Source: Nemertoderma westbladi (lineage: Eukaryota; Animalia; Xenacoelomorpha). Taken from it: a stretch of 64,000 nucleotides of DNA. Below are positions 25,133 through 37,342 of the stretch, one piece after another (within the stretch, counting starts at the first letter, position 1; each line of letters opens with the position of its first letter). The notes under the pieces were generated by a model, which ran no database searches, was not told the origin of the DNA, and saw only the letters and a program-made list of their open reading frames with translations. Location of the stretch: positions 27,256 to 91,255 of the forward strand of contig JAUCBJ010001139.1 in assembly GCA_032718475.1 (NCBI GenBank), in the 5' to 3' direction. The position numbers and the translations under genes are program-made.

Positions 25133-25332
25133 TCACTCGCTTCTCCTCTCGCACGCCGAACTACTCCTCTCGCTCCTCCGATTGCTCCCCTTGCACCTCT
25201 ACCTTTCTGACCTCAAACTGCTCCCCTCACAACTCTAACATTCTGCCCGCCCACCTCTAACACCTCCTCTTGCACTTATACCGCTATCCCCTGCCTCGCC
25301 ACCTCCACCGATATCTCTCACGTCTCCCTTCC

Positions 25333-25746
25333 TTACATCATCAACATCCAGTTTTCCATCTTCCATTCTTCTTCAATAGTTTCAATGACACCTTCCGCCT
25401 GAGACACATGGACTACCACGCCATGCTCGATGCAGAATAATGGACTTACTTTCTTACAAGAAATATTTATCATATAGATATCGCCACCCTGGTTATATAT
25501 AATCTCGTGGGCCTTTCCAATTCCCTGGATGGGGCCTATGTTACTTGGTATGGTATCCTTTACCAGTTCCACATCATTAGCCGAGTATGAAAATATCTTG
25601 GTTTTAAAACGAGATTTCAGCATGGCAATTATGTCATTGAAGCTAGGGGTATCGCCATCAATGTGCATGCCAATAATGTTTGACAATGTCCTCTTAATCG
25701 TTCCACCAACTCCATCCGCTGGGCCCTTCCCGTGACCAGCTTCCAA
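25333..25746 (-). pseudogene. C-terminal transposase fragment (Sola2-type motif)
   Basis: EAGHGKGPADGVGGTIKR catalytic-region motif; N-terminal part missing. Confidence 0.65.
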
Positions 25747-26533
25747 ATATAACGGATTTTCTTATTCTTAGCCTTAGCAATTTCATTAAATATAAATACA
25801 ATTAATTGTCCTATTATTGCGGTTCTACTAAAGTGTTACAGGTGAGACATGTCCTACTCTGTAGCCCAAATTTATTCGATTTACATGTTACATGTGGGAC
25901 GTCCCGCCCAGTAACGATTTTTTGTGTTACAAGCCTTTGTTACAGGTGGGACAAAGCTCATGCTGATAAATGTAAAAGCAACTAAAGTCTATTCCACAGT
26001 CAATTGTTGCCACAAATGATTACTCACGCAATAGACCAAGAACTTGGCTATCTGCTGATATTAGAATCTTCATATCACGTTTGTTAGAACTGATACTAGA
26101 GCATGGTAAAGCAGTGCACTTGGTGTTACACATGGGACAATCCTAATTGACATAATCGACTCGCACGTATAAAACCAGCTATATCTCTGGTTGTGTTTTG
26201 TATTTTTTCGTAAATCTTGAATGTTCAACTTCCCGAAGACTTTCCTTTCAAATAAGAATTTAGTTTATAGAATCCCAATAAAAACCTTTTGGTGAATTCA
26301 TGTGTTCCCGTTTGGGACAAGTAATTGTCAAAAATATGGGTATATTATCTATTGTTTTATTTAAATATGATATCAATAAAACAATTTGGTAGTTATTCCA
26401 TTGTATTCCTCTATTATTTTACTTTAAAATGAGCTATAACTTGTTGAAATACACCCAGTAGATGTCAAAATACATCCCCCAGAATACAATCAACTTTTTT
26501 GGACAATTGAAAAACCTACATTTTTTAGTACTA

Positions 26534-26650
26534 AGGGGCCGTCCAAGTATGACGTCTGCACTTTTCCCCAAAATGTTGACCCCCTCCCTCCCCTAAATCA
26601 GATGTCATCAGATAGGCGTTGACCCCCCTCCCCCCCTAAATCAGATTAAA
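26534..26650. mobile_element. Left end of a Harbinger/Tourist-like MITE
   Basis: aggggccgtccaagtatgacgtc followed by gaccccct repeats; no right end found. Confidence 0.45.
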
Positions 26651-28244
26651 AAAAATTTTTTGTAATAAACTAATATATTACCACAGTACCGCAGAACCCC
26701 AGTACCTCAGTAGCACGCGTCCGAATCACTGAAACATGGTGACTGGTAACTGAAACAGAAGGTCGTGCTACGGGCCTTCGGGGGCTTCGAACAATTAAAA
26801 TAGGTAAGCTACCCTGCAAACAATGTATTGTTAAAAAGCTGTTATTAAAATGTTATTTAATGACATAGATAACATTATTTCAAATTGTTAGATTAATGAT
26901 AAAAAAACTGTAAATTGGCCAAGAAATATGACGTTATATACTAACGTTATTATTTCGTTTTTAATAACATTAAAATAACAAAGCCAGGATGTTTACATAT
27001 ATCATTACTTTTATGTTATTCCTTATCATTATTATTGTATTTTTATTGACATTTAAATAACAACAGCATAATGTTTATTTAGATCGTTACTTTTATGTTA
27101 TTTCTTAACATAAAAATATTGTTTGCTAAAGACGTAACGCCGTTCTGTATATCGTTCTTTATAATTGCCATTGCCAAACCCTTTATTGAAAAATTATATA
27201 ACCAAGTTAACCAAGTTCAATTATAGAGCTCACAGGACGTAGTCGATCGATAAACCAATTATTTTTGTAACTTATATTAATTTTAGCTCCAACAGCTAAG
27301 AATCACTACATTAGGTAAGGTAGGCATGCATATGTTCCCTTTCGGTAAGACGTACGTGCAATAAGTTTCGTATAAATTTGGATATTAAAGATGAATACGA
27401 GCTATAACGTTTTTATAAATTTTTTTATTAGTCATTAGACATTTTCCATACAAGCATAATTATTGTTTCGTACTTTCATTAAAAAAACCGATGTCTTTCA
27501 AAATAAATTTAAAACTTTCAAAATAAGTTCTAATATTTTCGTAAAATATGTTATGAACAATCGCAGCACTAAAAAATCTGCTAGATTTTTTTGGCATCAC
27601 AAGCTTTGATTTGATTCCAAAAGCGCCATTGAAAAATGGCTTGGGGGTAGGGGTTGGATTTGAAAATGGGGAAATGTCAATCCGAGATAATTGCCTTTAA
27701 AGTCTGAACCTTCCCGCTCGAAACTGTCTGAAGATGTAATAAACAAAGAAAGTCTAATTATATTTATCAATAAGAAAGCACAACACCTTGCTAAACTGTA
27801 GTCAGTTTCCACTTTTACAGAAATATATTATGTCGGTAGGTTCGGGTTTTTCATGGTTGCTGATTTAATTTTCGATCCCACGTTTGTTGGCTTCCAGGTT
27901 GCCGTGGCGTCGGTTATATTTTGACGGACAGGCAATCAGGCATGTAGACAAACGTGCTGCGCGAAGGCCCCTTTTTACAGAAAAATATTGACGTATATAC
28001 CTGCATTATACCCAGTAATATATTATTTAAGTAGTCTTTTACAGAAATTGAATTTAAATTACATACATCAATTTACATAATTGTGCAAATAGCACATATA
28101 TATAAGTGAACTACCGGTAACACATTATTATTGTTATATGAAAAGCTAATTAATAATGTTGAGTGCAACATTTAATTATATAATTCTTTAATTGTATTTA
28201 ATTAACAGTTCTGCAATCCGAATCAATTGCGACTTTCGTTTTAG

Positions 28245-28904
28245 TTATATTTGGACTGAAAACAAGGGAGGTAATTGCCTTTTGAGGTCGTCCAGGATGT
28301 ATTTGGCTACCGGAAATTCAGCCATGCTGCTTTCCCCTTCAATATTCTTTTTTTCCGCTCTTTGTGCGAGTTTGTTGAGCCTCGAGATGGAATAGATAAC
28401 CTGCCGCTGTACGGCATTGAGATCTGACTCTAAATCTTTCTTGTATATCGCCTTGGTTGGTTTTCCTGCGATCTGGCCGGCTACGTCCTGCATGTTCTTT
28501 GCGAACGTCGCCATTTCGGATGTAACATCTGTTATCACGGCGATCAACTCGTCCAACTCAGTTTGCATGTCGATGAGTCTATTGTCGAGGTCGTCGTCTA
28601 TGTACTTACGGATCCACTCGAGAACGCGGTTGCTATGGACGACGAGATCTCTAGTAACCTTGATTATGATCCCCAGTCGGAATATCCTCGCGTGTGTAGC
28701 TAGTGTCGGAACTTCTACACGACGCAGACTCTGGTACTTTCGCACGGAACACGCCCTATGGATCGCCTCTGCCGCCTTCTCTTTTGCAAATTTCCTCTCC
28801 TTTTTATCGATTTCAGCTTTGATGGATTTGTAGAAAGTTGATAAGTCAACACTTCCCTCTTCCAATGAGATTATAGCTTCTCCAAGCAAAGTCCCCTTCG
28901 TCAT
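28245..28904 (-). CDS. Divergent proteasome activator PA28/REG (PSME)-like protein, 219 aa, intronless
   Basis: By-eye match to the PA28 helical pattern: HARIFRL..IK...DL...SNRVLEWIRKYI, Q-x-E, IAGKP...YKK, KNIE; intact ORF richer in GC than its flanks. Confidence 0.55.
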   Translation of the reverse strand: MTKGTLLGEAIISLEEGSVDLSTFYKSIKAEIDKKERKFAKEKAAEAIHRACSVRKYQSLRRVEVPTLATHARIFRLGIIIKVTRDLVVHSNRVLEWIRKYIDDDLDNRLIDMQTELDELIAVITDVTSEMATFAKNMQDVAGQIAGKPTKAIYKKDLESDLNAVQRQVIYSISRLNKLAQRAEKKNIEGESSMAEFPVAKYILDDLKRQLPPLFSVQI

Positions 28905-29249
28905 AGTCCTTGGGATATTATTTATTCTTATTTTCTTTTTTATAATAATTTGATTGTGATGTCGCTGGTAGTCAGTTTTCCCGATGTAAAAGGATTGTTG
29001 TATAAAAAGGAAAACAGTTAACGTGGTTTATAGGTTCCTCCCATATTGATGAAAATGATGTATTGATATGACGCCAAAATATTTTTCCTCGCAACAAAAT
29101 ATATTGTAAGTGTGAGTTAGTTGGGTAGCTAAATAACATTGAACAATTTAATTAGCAGGAAAGCTTATTATTAATGATCGTAGTCTAATTGGTTTGTTAA
29201 CAGCTAGCTAGCCTGTTTATTTAGCACAGGGTACTAAAACCTTCCGGCT

Positions 29250-29355
29250 AGAATGCTCGTTCCCTATTGGCTATCATTGCCGGTGGATGTGTACGCTCGT
29301 TCGCTATTGGCGGAGGATGCATCTTTGTGCAAGGCAATAATCGGAAGGCGGGAGT
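29250..29355. promoter_or_regulatory. Putative promoter with two CCAAT boxes and an E2F-like site
   Basis: gctcgttc.ctattggc occurs twice plus ggcgggag, about 350-450 bp upstream of the 28904 start. Confidence 0.35.
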
Positions 29356-29735
29356 TATGCTACTGCTGCAATGACTGCAGCTGTGACCTGCATTGAGGCA
29401 ATTTTCTTAGCTATTAAATTGCTGGTAGTTTTAGTCTGCGTGTGTGAGGTGGGGATTTGGACTCCAGGGGTGATTTCAAGCTACGGACGTTTTTCCACAT
29501 CCAATTACTGCAGAAAGGTCCAGATGTTTTTGCTTCTCGGTAATATCCTGCTGGAATACAGATCGATAACAATTTATTAAAATCCTCCCTCAATCTAATG
29601 TAAACGGGAGAACTGGTCTAGTAGGCTTTGGTGTATTTGTATTGGGGTTGGTTATGTTATATATTATATATTATGTAATGTTACTCAAATTCTGAATACA
29701 TTCTGTACAATTATTATGTGTATTAGGTTGAGTTT

Positions 29736-29980
29736 AGAGACAGGGGGGAAACCTGGATGCAAATCCCGCCTTGGCGAGTTAATATCCCGCCTCAATATTA
29801 ATTTCTCAATTTAGGGAAAGGAGCAGGTTACAGTGGCACGTTATTTTAACCAAAACAATAAACTAAACACAATAGAACAGGATACAGTTTTATTTTTGAG
29901 AGTAATCATCTGTTATTTGCGTCCAATTTCCCCTGGAGAGGGATGAATTTGTATTGTGTCCAGTCCCTCCCCTTCTCTGT
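29736..29980. mobile_element. MITE, inverted copy of 11708-11980
   Basis: High similarity to the reverse complement of 11708-11980. Confidence 0.8.
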
Positions 29981-30568
29981 GAGTTTGAGTTTTTTAACGA
30001 ATTGCTTTGAATCCCTCTGCAAAGGATCGGTCATTATAAATCCCATATAATCCCAAGTGATGACATTGCATTACTCACACTGCGACTCGCGATTACAATA
30101 TGTCTATGACTCATCACGCCCCAAATACCACTATTCGAAAATCGATAATTTAATAAAGTCTACATACAAATTTATTTGGTTAGATTGGGGTGGGCTCACG
30201 ATATAGAGGATTAAATGAAATTAGGAAAAATATATTAAGTACTAAAATAAAAATAAATAAATTCATATTAAATTGTGAGAAGCTATAATGCCAGACTCCT
30301 ACTATTGGAAGCGAGCAAAAACTAATAATTCAAAAATAAATAATTTAACATTACATTCACTACAACCGTTATAGACCGCCTCCTATACACTACTGGTCGC
30401 ATTGATAGTCTTAATACTGAAACAAAATACGGATTATATGTCTCCCAACTATTACATATACATACCACATACGGGTAAGCCGGTAATATGTCATTATGTC
30501 ATACATGAAGCAGTATTTACCCTGTTATGTTGTCTGTTACTGTTACTTATAAAATAATTTTATCGCAG

Positions 30569-32220
30569 GTTCGGACACCCGTTTGAGTTGGCCTTACTGA
30601 TTCAGAGCTTCGTTATGTTAACTGCAATGTTCGCCCTTCTTTATGTCTGTTGTAAAAATACGGCTGTTGTAACAAAGACGTCGTTTACAGGTAAAATGTT
30701 CTCATTTTGTAACATTGGGTTCAGATGAATGTAGATAAATCGTTCCGATGAGTGACTGACTGATACTCAATCCCCATTTTCACTGTTTTTGATCTTGTAT
30801 GTTGTTCTGTTCTCTCTCTACTGCTATCCACAATCAAAATAATTTCAAAAAGTAAATTATATGCGGCCCTTTATGCCAGGGATTGCGCACAACGTCTGAC
30901 GACTTATATTTCCACCCTGGTCCCCCCAAACTCTACTCCCCAGATGAAATTCAAGTACTCATTTAGCTACCATTTAGTATGCAATGCAGATATGCGTCTT
31001 GGCTAGTCCCTTTAAAGCATTCGTGCCGAAAACTCCCTGGACCCCTTACAGGGATCGAACCCGCGACCTCCGGAGAGACGTAATTTCAAGGTAAACATTT
31101 ACGCCAATGTGGGAGCGACCACCTTGTCCATTTAGGATATTATTTTTTGGTTCTCTATTGTCCATTTAAATATTCAATAATCAACAAAATAATACACAAT
31201 TAATTAATTATTATATATTATTCAATTAATTATAAATAAGCTGCTTCTACTACACCCGATCTACTGCACCCGGTCCCCATGGATTTCTGTATTTTGCAGA
31301 TAATTATCGGGCTAATTGTCGGGCCAGCGAATGTATACCTACATTATATCGAAACTAACTAACACAAATTAGTTAAGTCAGTTATCAATTTCTACTATAT
31401 AGTATAATGTTTATAATTTTATTGTGTTGTTGTTTGTTTATTTTCGATGCGTTTCGCTTACACTTTTTAGACTACTTTACTTAATGTATTCCAGATTTCG
31501 ACTATAACAATTTTTGGAAATGGAGTCATCTCTCGGACTACGTTCTTTGTACGTTGCTGTTCACGACTGCCGTTGGCACGGTGACCTACTTTTTACGGGG
31601 GAACTCCAATTACGTTGAGGTCTTAGGATTTGCAGCAGTCGCCCTGGAGGCCTGTCTGGGAGTGCCGCAGCTGGTTGAAAACTACAACAAACATACCACA
31701 ATGGGAATGAGGTAGGTCTAGCAATCGGAAGCAGGTTCGGAAATTAGTTTCCGGAGAATTATATCCCGGACAATTTAGTCCCAGACAATTTAGTCCCGGA
31801 CAATTTAGTCCCAGGCAATTTAGTCCAGGACAATTCGCTCCCTGACACTACACTGTCCATGTGGTCGTGGTGAGTGACAATCATACAATTATGTTCTGAA
31901 ACACAGAACCAGCCCATTGCGATATTTTTGTCCTGTTTTTTTTTAACTTCAAGTTAAACATACAAAGTTTTAGTTGCAATAAATTAACATTATTAACAAC
32001 TATTAACAAAATCTACCACCTTATGTTTTTTAGTGTCTACATGGTGTTGGGTTGGTTAGTTGGAGACGTTTCCAAAACAATTTATTTTGTCGTGAAGCAA
32101 ACTCCCATACAATTTGCGATATGTGGGACAGCCCAGATTGGGATTGACATACTTATACTGTCCCAAGTTGCATTATACTCCAGCAATCCGGGTCCCATAC
32201 TAGCCACGTCAAAGAGTTGA
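30569..32220 (+). CDS. SLC66A2: PQ-loop repeat transporter PQLC1/SLC66A2; exons 30569-30690, 31495-31711 and 32034-32220; 5' exon(s) not located
   Basis: GT-AG bounded, phase-compatible exons encoding FGHPFELALLIQS, DFDYNNFWKWS...EACLGVPQL..N..GMS and VYMVLGWLVGDVSKTIYF...PIQFAICG. Confidence 0.9.
30954..31110 (-). mobile_element. tRNA-derived SINE in a PQLC1 intron
   Basis: B box GGTTCGATCCC on the minus strand; shares gtactcatttagctaccattta and cattcgtgccgaaa with 15600-15800. Confidence 0.75.
31762..31847. repeat. 16-bp tandem repeat, probably a MITE end
   Basis: gtcccggacaatttag about 5 copies, ending cctgacac. Confidence 0.7.
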
Positions 32221-33741
32221 TACAAGTATAGAAGCTAAACCTTCGCCGACTATCATATAATAGTTGAATAGCCTTTATCTACAATCCCTCCATAGTTTAT
32301 TGACTGACAGTATCTTATAGATTATTTTATTTTATTTTATTTAGTAATTTCTTATAATTTAATTTTATTTAATATCTTTTCGTGGCAAATTTGCTAGTCA
32401 ATCATTGTTCGTAATTTGTTATAGTTTATTTTTACGTAATAATTTTTATTGAAATTTAATTTTAAATTAATAACTTATAATAATATCTTAAATTTTACAC
32501 GTATTTAGTTTAACACGTAATTTATGTACTGAATTACCCGTAATTTAGCATTGGTGCTCGTTTTGCTAACTTGTGCGCTATTTTAGGCGTATTTTAATAA
32601 TTGGCTAACTGTATTTAATTATTAATAAATAGTCAGTTCAATCTTATAATTTTTAATTCCGACATTGCTAACCGCTGTTAGCATTGGCTAACAACGTTAC
32701 ATTTAAGAAATTTACAATGAATTTGAAATTGTTGTACGGCTGTCGCGGCAAACTCTACAAACAAATAAAGATTTCTAAAAATTAAAATGTTAATTCTATA
32801 GCTACTCCTACTAACAGACTGGTCCGGTACTAGTGTGTAAACGGGATCAGACTCTCGGGATCGGGATTATCCCGTTTTTCGGGATCGGGGTTACAATTTT
32901 GGATTAAATTACTTAAAGTTAATAGTCTATGTAGCGGGATTTGGGTAACACTCACTTTATCTTACACTTCTGAAATAATAGTAGTAAGATAAAGTTTTAT
33001 TATTAAAACTTATAAATTAGTTATAAAGTTTTATATTTTATTCCAAAATTGTAACATTACTCAACGCCGTTAGTATTAGCGAGTTAGTGTCAGCGAGTTG
33101 TTATTTAGCACTTTACAACATTAGTGGACATTACAGCATTATATTGGCCTGTACATTTAGTATTGTATTGGGGATTATTATTTATGTAATGTCCCGACAG
33201 CGTGTTGTAAAGTCACGCTGTCATGGTTACCACATAAACAATAGGATAGGCCTACTGCATTACCTACCGGTAGGCGGTATAGCTATTAATAACCAGTTGG
33301 GCCTAGCTATATTATTAACATGGCTCCAAATGCCACCATAAATATAAGCTAATTTATTTATAACATAATTTATGTCATTTTTACAATTATTTATACAGCA
33401 ACTAATATAATTTGTGCAGTTTCTATCACTTATAATATATATACAGTATATACAATCATTTCGTAATGTTAAAATTTTGGAATAAAACTACATACATATT
33501 TGTTGCAAAGTGCTTTACAGTGTTCTGATCCTCGTGGCTTTATTTTCACTCACTCACTAACGTTCGTTCGTGTAACAAAGCCGCATTGTAATGTGCTACT
33601 TTACTACTTTACACACAAGTATGTAAATAGTTATTGCAATCCAGTGTAATTATCATTACAGAGCGAAAACTTTACATAATAAAATTATATTTATTTTTTC
33701 ACAATCACAAGTAAAATAGACTAGTAGTTGCTAAATAGAAG

Positions 33742-35430
33742 TTAATTAGAACTTTCACTTTGAATATCTGGCGACAGTTTGTTGCGCAATGCGCGAACCA
33801 GCCCACCGGAACCACTGCTGGTTATACCACGACCCACTTGATCAGAACTTTCACTTTGAATATCGGGCGACTCAAATTTGCTGCGAATTAAACGCACCCA
33901 CCCACCGGAACCACTGCTGGGGATACTACCACCCATTTGATCAGAACTTTCACTTTGAATGTCGGGCGACACTTTGTTGCGCAATGCGCGAACCAGCCCA
34001 CCGGAACCACTGCTGGTTATACCACGACCCACATGATCTGAACTTTCACTTTGAATGTCGGGCGACTCCAATTTGTTGCGCACCTGTTCGCCACTGTTGG
34101 GGATATGGTTCTGGAATTCTGCATATCGCTGGGGCACTACTTTTTCTAAATCAGTTAGTTTTTGGGTAAAATCTTGTAGATTATCAAGTGATTGTAGCAT
34201 CGCAATGCAGCCCGATTCCTTCCAGGCAGTTTCCACTATTTTCGTGATGTGGTTTTGAAAAATGTCGTACAATACCCGATTTATGTCAGACTGCTGAAAT
34301 TCTTTAGAGCTACTCTTCTCCACATAATCTCTAAAGCACCCAAGGACAATGTCACAGACCATTTTACGATATCGCTTGTCGTCTAAATATTTTCCAAGGG
34401 GAAGTTCACTTTTCTCAAATAAGTTGATGATAAACTTTCTTTGTATTCTTTTTGAAATAAGTTCAGGCCTTGCATGCAAGTCCTTAACTGAAATATATTT
34501 TTCGGGCCCGCGCAATTCATTCCAATTATTTTCTTGATGACCGAAGCAATGTATTTCGATCCAGCTAATTGCAGCCCTAAGTAGATTGGGAACCGAGCTG
34601 ATCTGTGGATCTGTGTGCATCTTGTCCAACTTATACAGGTTGACCTCTGAAGAAATGTTCTTCCTCGATTCGTAGTCAATGCCTTCCCCCCTATTCAGCA
34701 GCACAGTAGTACTTGTATCTGAGTGGGATTGGGATTCATATTTACTTATTAATGACATAACGTTTTCTTCCCTCCTTTTAAAGAATTTCCACTGAAGTAT
34801 GCTGTGACGATCAAAAATCGAGGTAACGGTATTGGCATCAGCTTTGTTACGAAAATATAATACAACTTCTACGTTGTATGTAAGTCTGTCTTTAACGAAT
34901 ACTTTCACCTTGTTGTGATGTTCGCCTATCTGTTGATAACCCATTCCTCCAAATACGATGTAAGTATTCATGTCATCCCCATCTGGGGATAACAAATACA
35001 AATTGAATTTCTTACCATACAATTCAACCCTAGTATAGAAATATCCATGTTTTTTCATTGTACCGATATCTTTTTTAACAAATATGGTGAGTTTCACGAC
35101 GCACTCAAATTCGGCCTGTTTCTCATTCGGATACTTTATCCTTATTCTCAACAAATGATTATCCAACAGGTCCTTTTTCTCAATATCTGTTATCCAATAA
35201 CTGGCTAGTCTAAAAATGGGGTCGGAGTAGGGGAATGTGTAAATTCCGCTATGAAGGAACTCTTCCAGAGTTTTCCAACTTCCAATATTATTATATTCGA
35301 ATTGTTCGGTATTTGGGCCCAATATCCTAGGCAGGCGGTTGGGGTCGGCCAAATCTTCCCAATTGTCTCGAATCATTGCTTCTGATAGTGGACGTTTCCA
35401 TGGATTCTCGAAACACCACTTGCGCAACAT
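33742..35430 (-). CDS. Uncharacterised 562-aa intronless protein, possibly PH-like plus degenerate RhoGAP-like domain, with 32-aa C-terminal repeats
   Basis: Long intact ORF; 96-bp repeats (SPDIQSESSD...); domain call rests only on KHGYFY, SVPNLLRAAISWIE and VCDIVLGCFRDY patterns. Confidence 0.65.
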   Translation of the reverse strand: MLRKWCFENPWKRPLSEAMIRDNWEDLADPNRLPRILGPNTEQFEYNNIGSWKTLEEFLHSGIYTFPYSDPIFRLASYWITDIEKKDLLDNHLLRIRIKYPNEKQAEFECVVKLTIFVKKDIGTMKKHGYFYTRVELYGKKFNLYLLSPDGDDMNTYIVFGGMGYQQIGEHHNKVKVFVKDRLTYNVEVVLYFRNKADANTVTSIFDRHSILQWKFFKRREENVMSLISKYESQSHSDTSTTVLLNRGEGIDYESRKNISSEVNLYKLDKMHTDPQISSVPNLLRAAISWIEIHCFGHQENNWNELRGPEKYISVKDLHARPELISKRIQRKFIINLFEKSELPLGKYLDDKRYRKMVCDIVLGCFRDYVEKSSSKEFQQSDINRVLYDIFQNHITKIVETAWKESGCIAMLQSLDNLQDFTQKLTDLEKVVPQRYAEFQNHIPNSGEQVRNKLESPDIQSESSDHVGRGITSSGSGGLVRALRNKVSPDIQSESSDQMGGSIPSSGSGGWVRLIRSKFESPDIQSESSDQVGRGITSSGSGGLVRALRNKLSPDIQSESSN

Positions 35431-35769
35431 TATTTATTTTGTACAAGCTGCGTTATGATTGATACCACACATACGAAGCCAAAAAATACTTAAATGTTAT
35501 CTGAAACTGTTATATGATAAATAAATAAGTTGACTTGAACAGATAAGTTATATTCATTTTCTATTTATTTAAAATTGGTTATTTTTATATTATATTTAAG
35601 AATCAGAAGATTGTTACGGATTCTAGAAATACATTGAATTTTTGCATAACTTAGATATCAACGAAAGCACGATTTCCTAGTTAGTTCCTGAAAGTCAGTA
35701 CCTTATCTTAGATGTTGTTGGACGAGCCACGAAAGTACACCGTGTCCTGGAATATTGTAGTAATTCAGT

Positions 35770-36100
35770 GACACGGAACGTCATTATGCGTCGGGGTGGC
35801 TGGAATAAACGTGGTGGGTGGAAAATTTAGGCCTACTTACTTAACATACAGTAAAGACGTACAGGTACAGTAGTATCAACGGCTACCGGTGCTATACTCG
35901 GTACACGGTTTTTTATTTCTTTCACTTTCAACTCTCAATTATTAAGATAAAAAACGTTTATTTACTCATAGTAATAAATGTACTAAATTTTTTAGAAAAA
36001 ATAATACTGTAGTCGGGGTGTCTGGAATAAGAGAATTGTGGGTGGATTTTTTTTCAAAAATTAATAGCCGTGTCGCCCCGTCTATTCGTGACTCCAGAGT
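35770..36100. mobile_element. Degenerate pogo/Tigger-like MITE
   Basis: Right end ccccgtctattcgtgactccagagtg; two internal gtcggggtg.ctggaataa repeats. Confidence 0.4.
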
Positions 36101-37342
36101 GCGTCCTCTTTAGAGGGTGAGCCATAATGTTTATTTTCGCTTTCATTCTTCAGAGCTCCAATGCTTTAAATTAGGCGTCTCCCGTCTGCCCGTCGATATT
36201 GCTCCAGTCATACAGCAGTTATTAAATAACCGGTATTAATGAAAAAATGTAATTGTTAGGAGTAAAATAATGAAATTCGTCGGCAAAAAGTCAAACTATA
36301 GTATAGTAAGTAAAAAATATGTGAAAAAACAGATATTTAAGTATGCCGAAGTCAAGTTAACTAGTCATATAATTTTAGCAGTGTGCTCCTTTCAAACGCG
36401 GTTTGAAGCTACTTGTAGAAAAAACTATTCTATTTGTATTTATAAACGAGCAGTTCACTATGCCAATGATCTCAAAAACCAAATATTACATAAGCATGTC
36501 GAAGATACGATAGTTTGCTGAAACGGCATTTGAATAGAAATACCGATCATCACTTTCAGACATCTCGCTTTCCAATTCCCTTCTGATCACTGGAAAGATC
36601 ATCAAAATCTTATAATGCAAAATAATTACTTAAATATTGCACAATGACATCATCACTACAATGGTAATAAGTAGTACTGATTCCAATGTTATGTAAGTCA
36701 ATAATGCGATCAATAGTAAGTAATTCATCTATCACACTATTCCGCAAGGTCCCCAGCAACGACTTCCACATGGACCCTGGCTACGACTTCTACAAGGTTC
36801 GCCGCTACGACGACTTCCACGTTGTCCCTGGCTACGAATCCCTCCTGTCTACCCACTCCATCTACCTCCAACATCCCCCGTCCACACACTCCACCTACCT
36901 CCACAAACCTGGTCCATATTTCCGGTTAACAACCCTCTGTCCATTCCCCTAAACGTTTTGTTTCTCTTAGTCGTCCTATTTGAATGTGCTATTATGGTGG
37001 TTCATTAATCATTGCATCCTCTATATTACTCCTTAGGAATATTCCAGAACATTACTTAATAACCAATTAGTCCCTCCTACGTATTAATTTAGGAGTTTGC
37101 AAAACACCCCATCATTAAACTCTCTAGTCTGAAAACCCTATGTGCAATTGAAAAATACCCTATGTCGAATTTGCTTTTACTAGTGATAAGACTGAAGACC
37201 CTAACACACTGTAATATGGTAGAACACCATATCTCGTTGAGATAGGGTGCTCTGCCACATAATAATATTTCTTAATAATAAAAAAAATCAGGGGCTAATA
37301 AAATGGCAGCTGTCTTTGAAATTAATACTCCATATCTCAAGA

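Larger units (their letters stand above)
24537..26320 (-). mobile_element. Internally deleted DNA transposon, Sola2-like
   Basis: Transposase fragment bracketed by inverted motif clusters GTCCCA-nnn-TGTAAC (left) and GTTACA-nn-TGGGAC (right); true termini not resolved. Confidence 0.55.

Noticed and set aside
29371-29580. Candidate first exon of PQLC1 (GRFST...LLLGNILL)
   Set aside because: No PQ motif, wrong spacing and no suitable splice donor
37020-37230. Possible degraded GIY-YIG end and CTGAAGA motif upstream of the tRNA-hammerhead cassette
   Set aside because: Needs a frameshift and lacks GAAA and stem II; too weak to call
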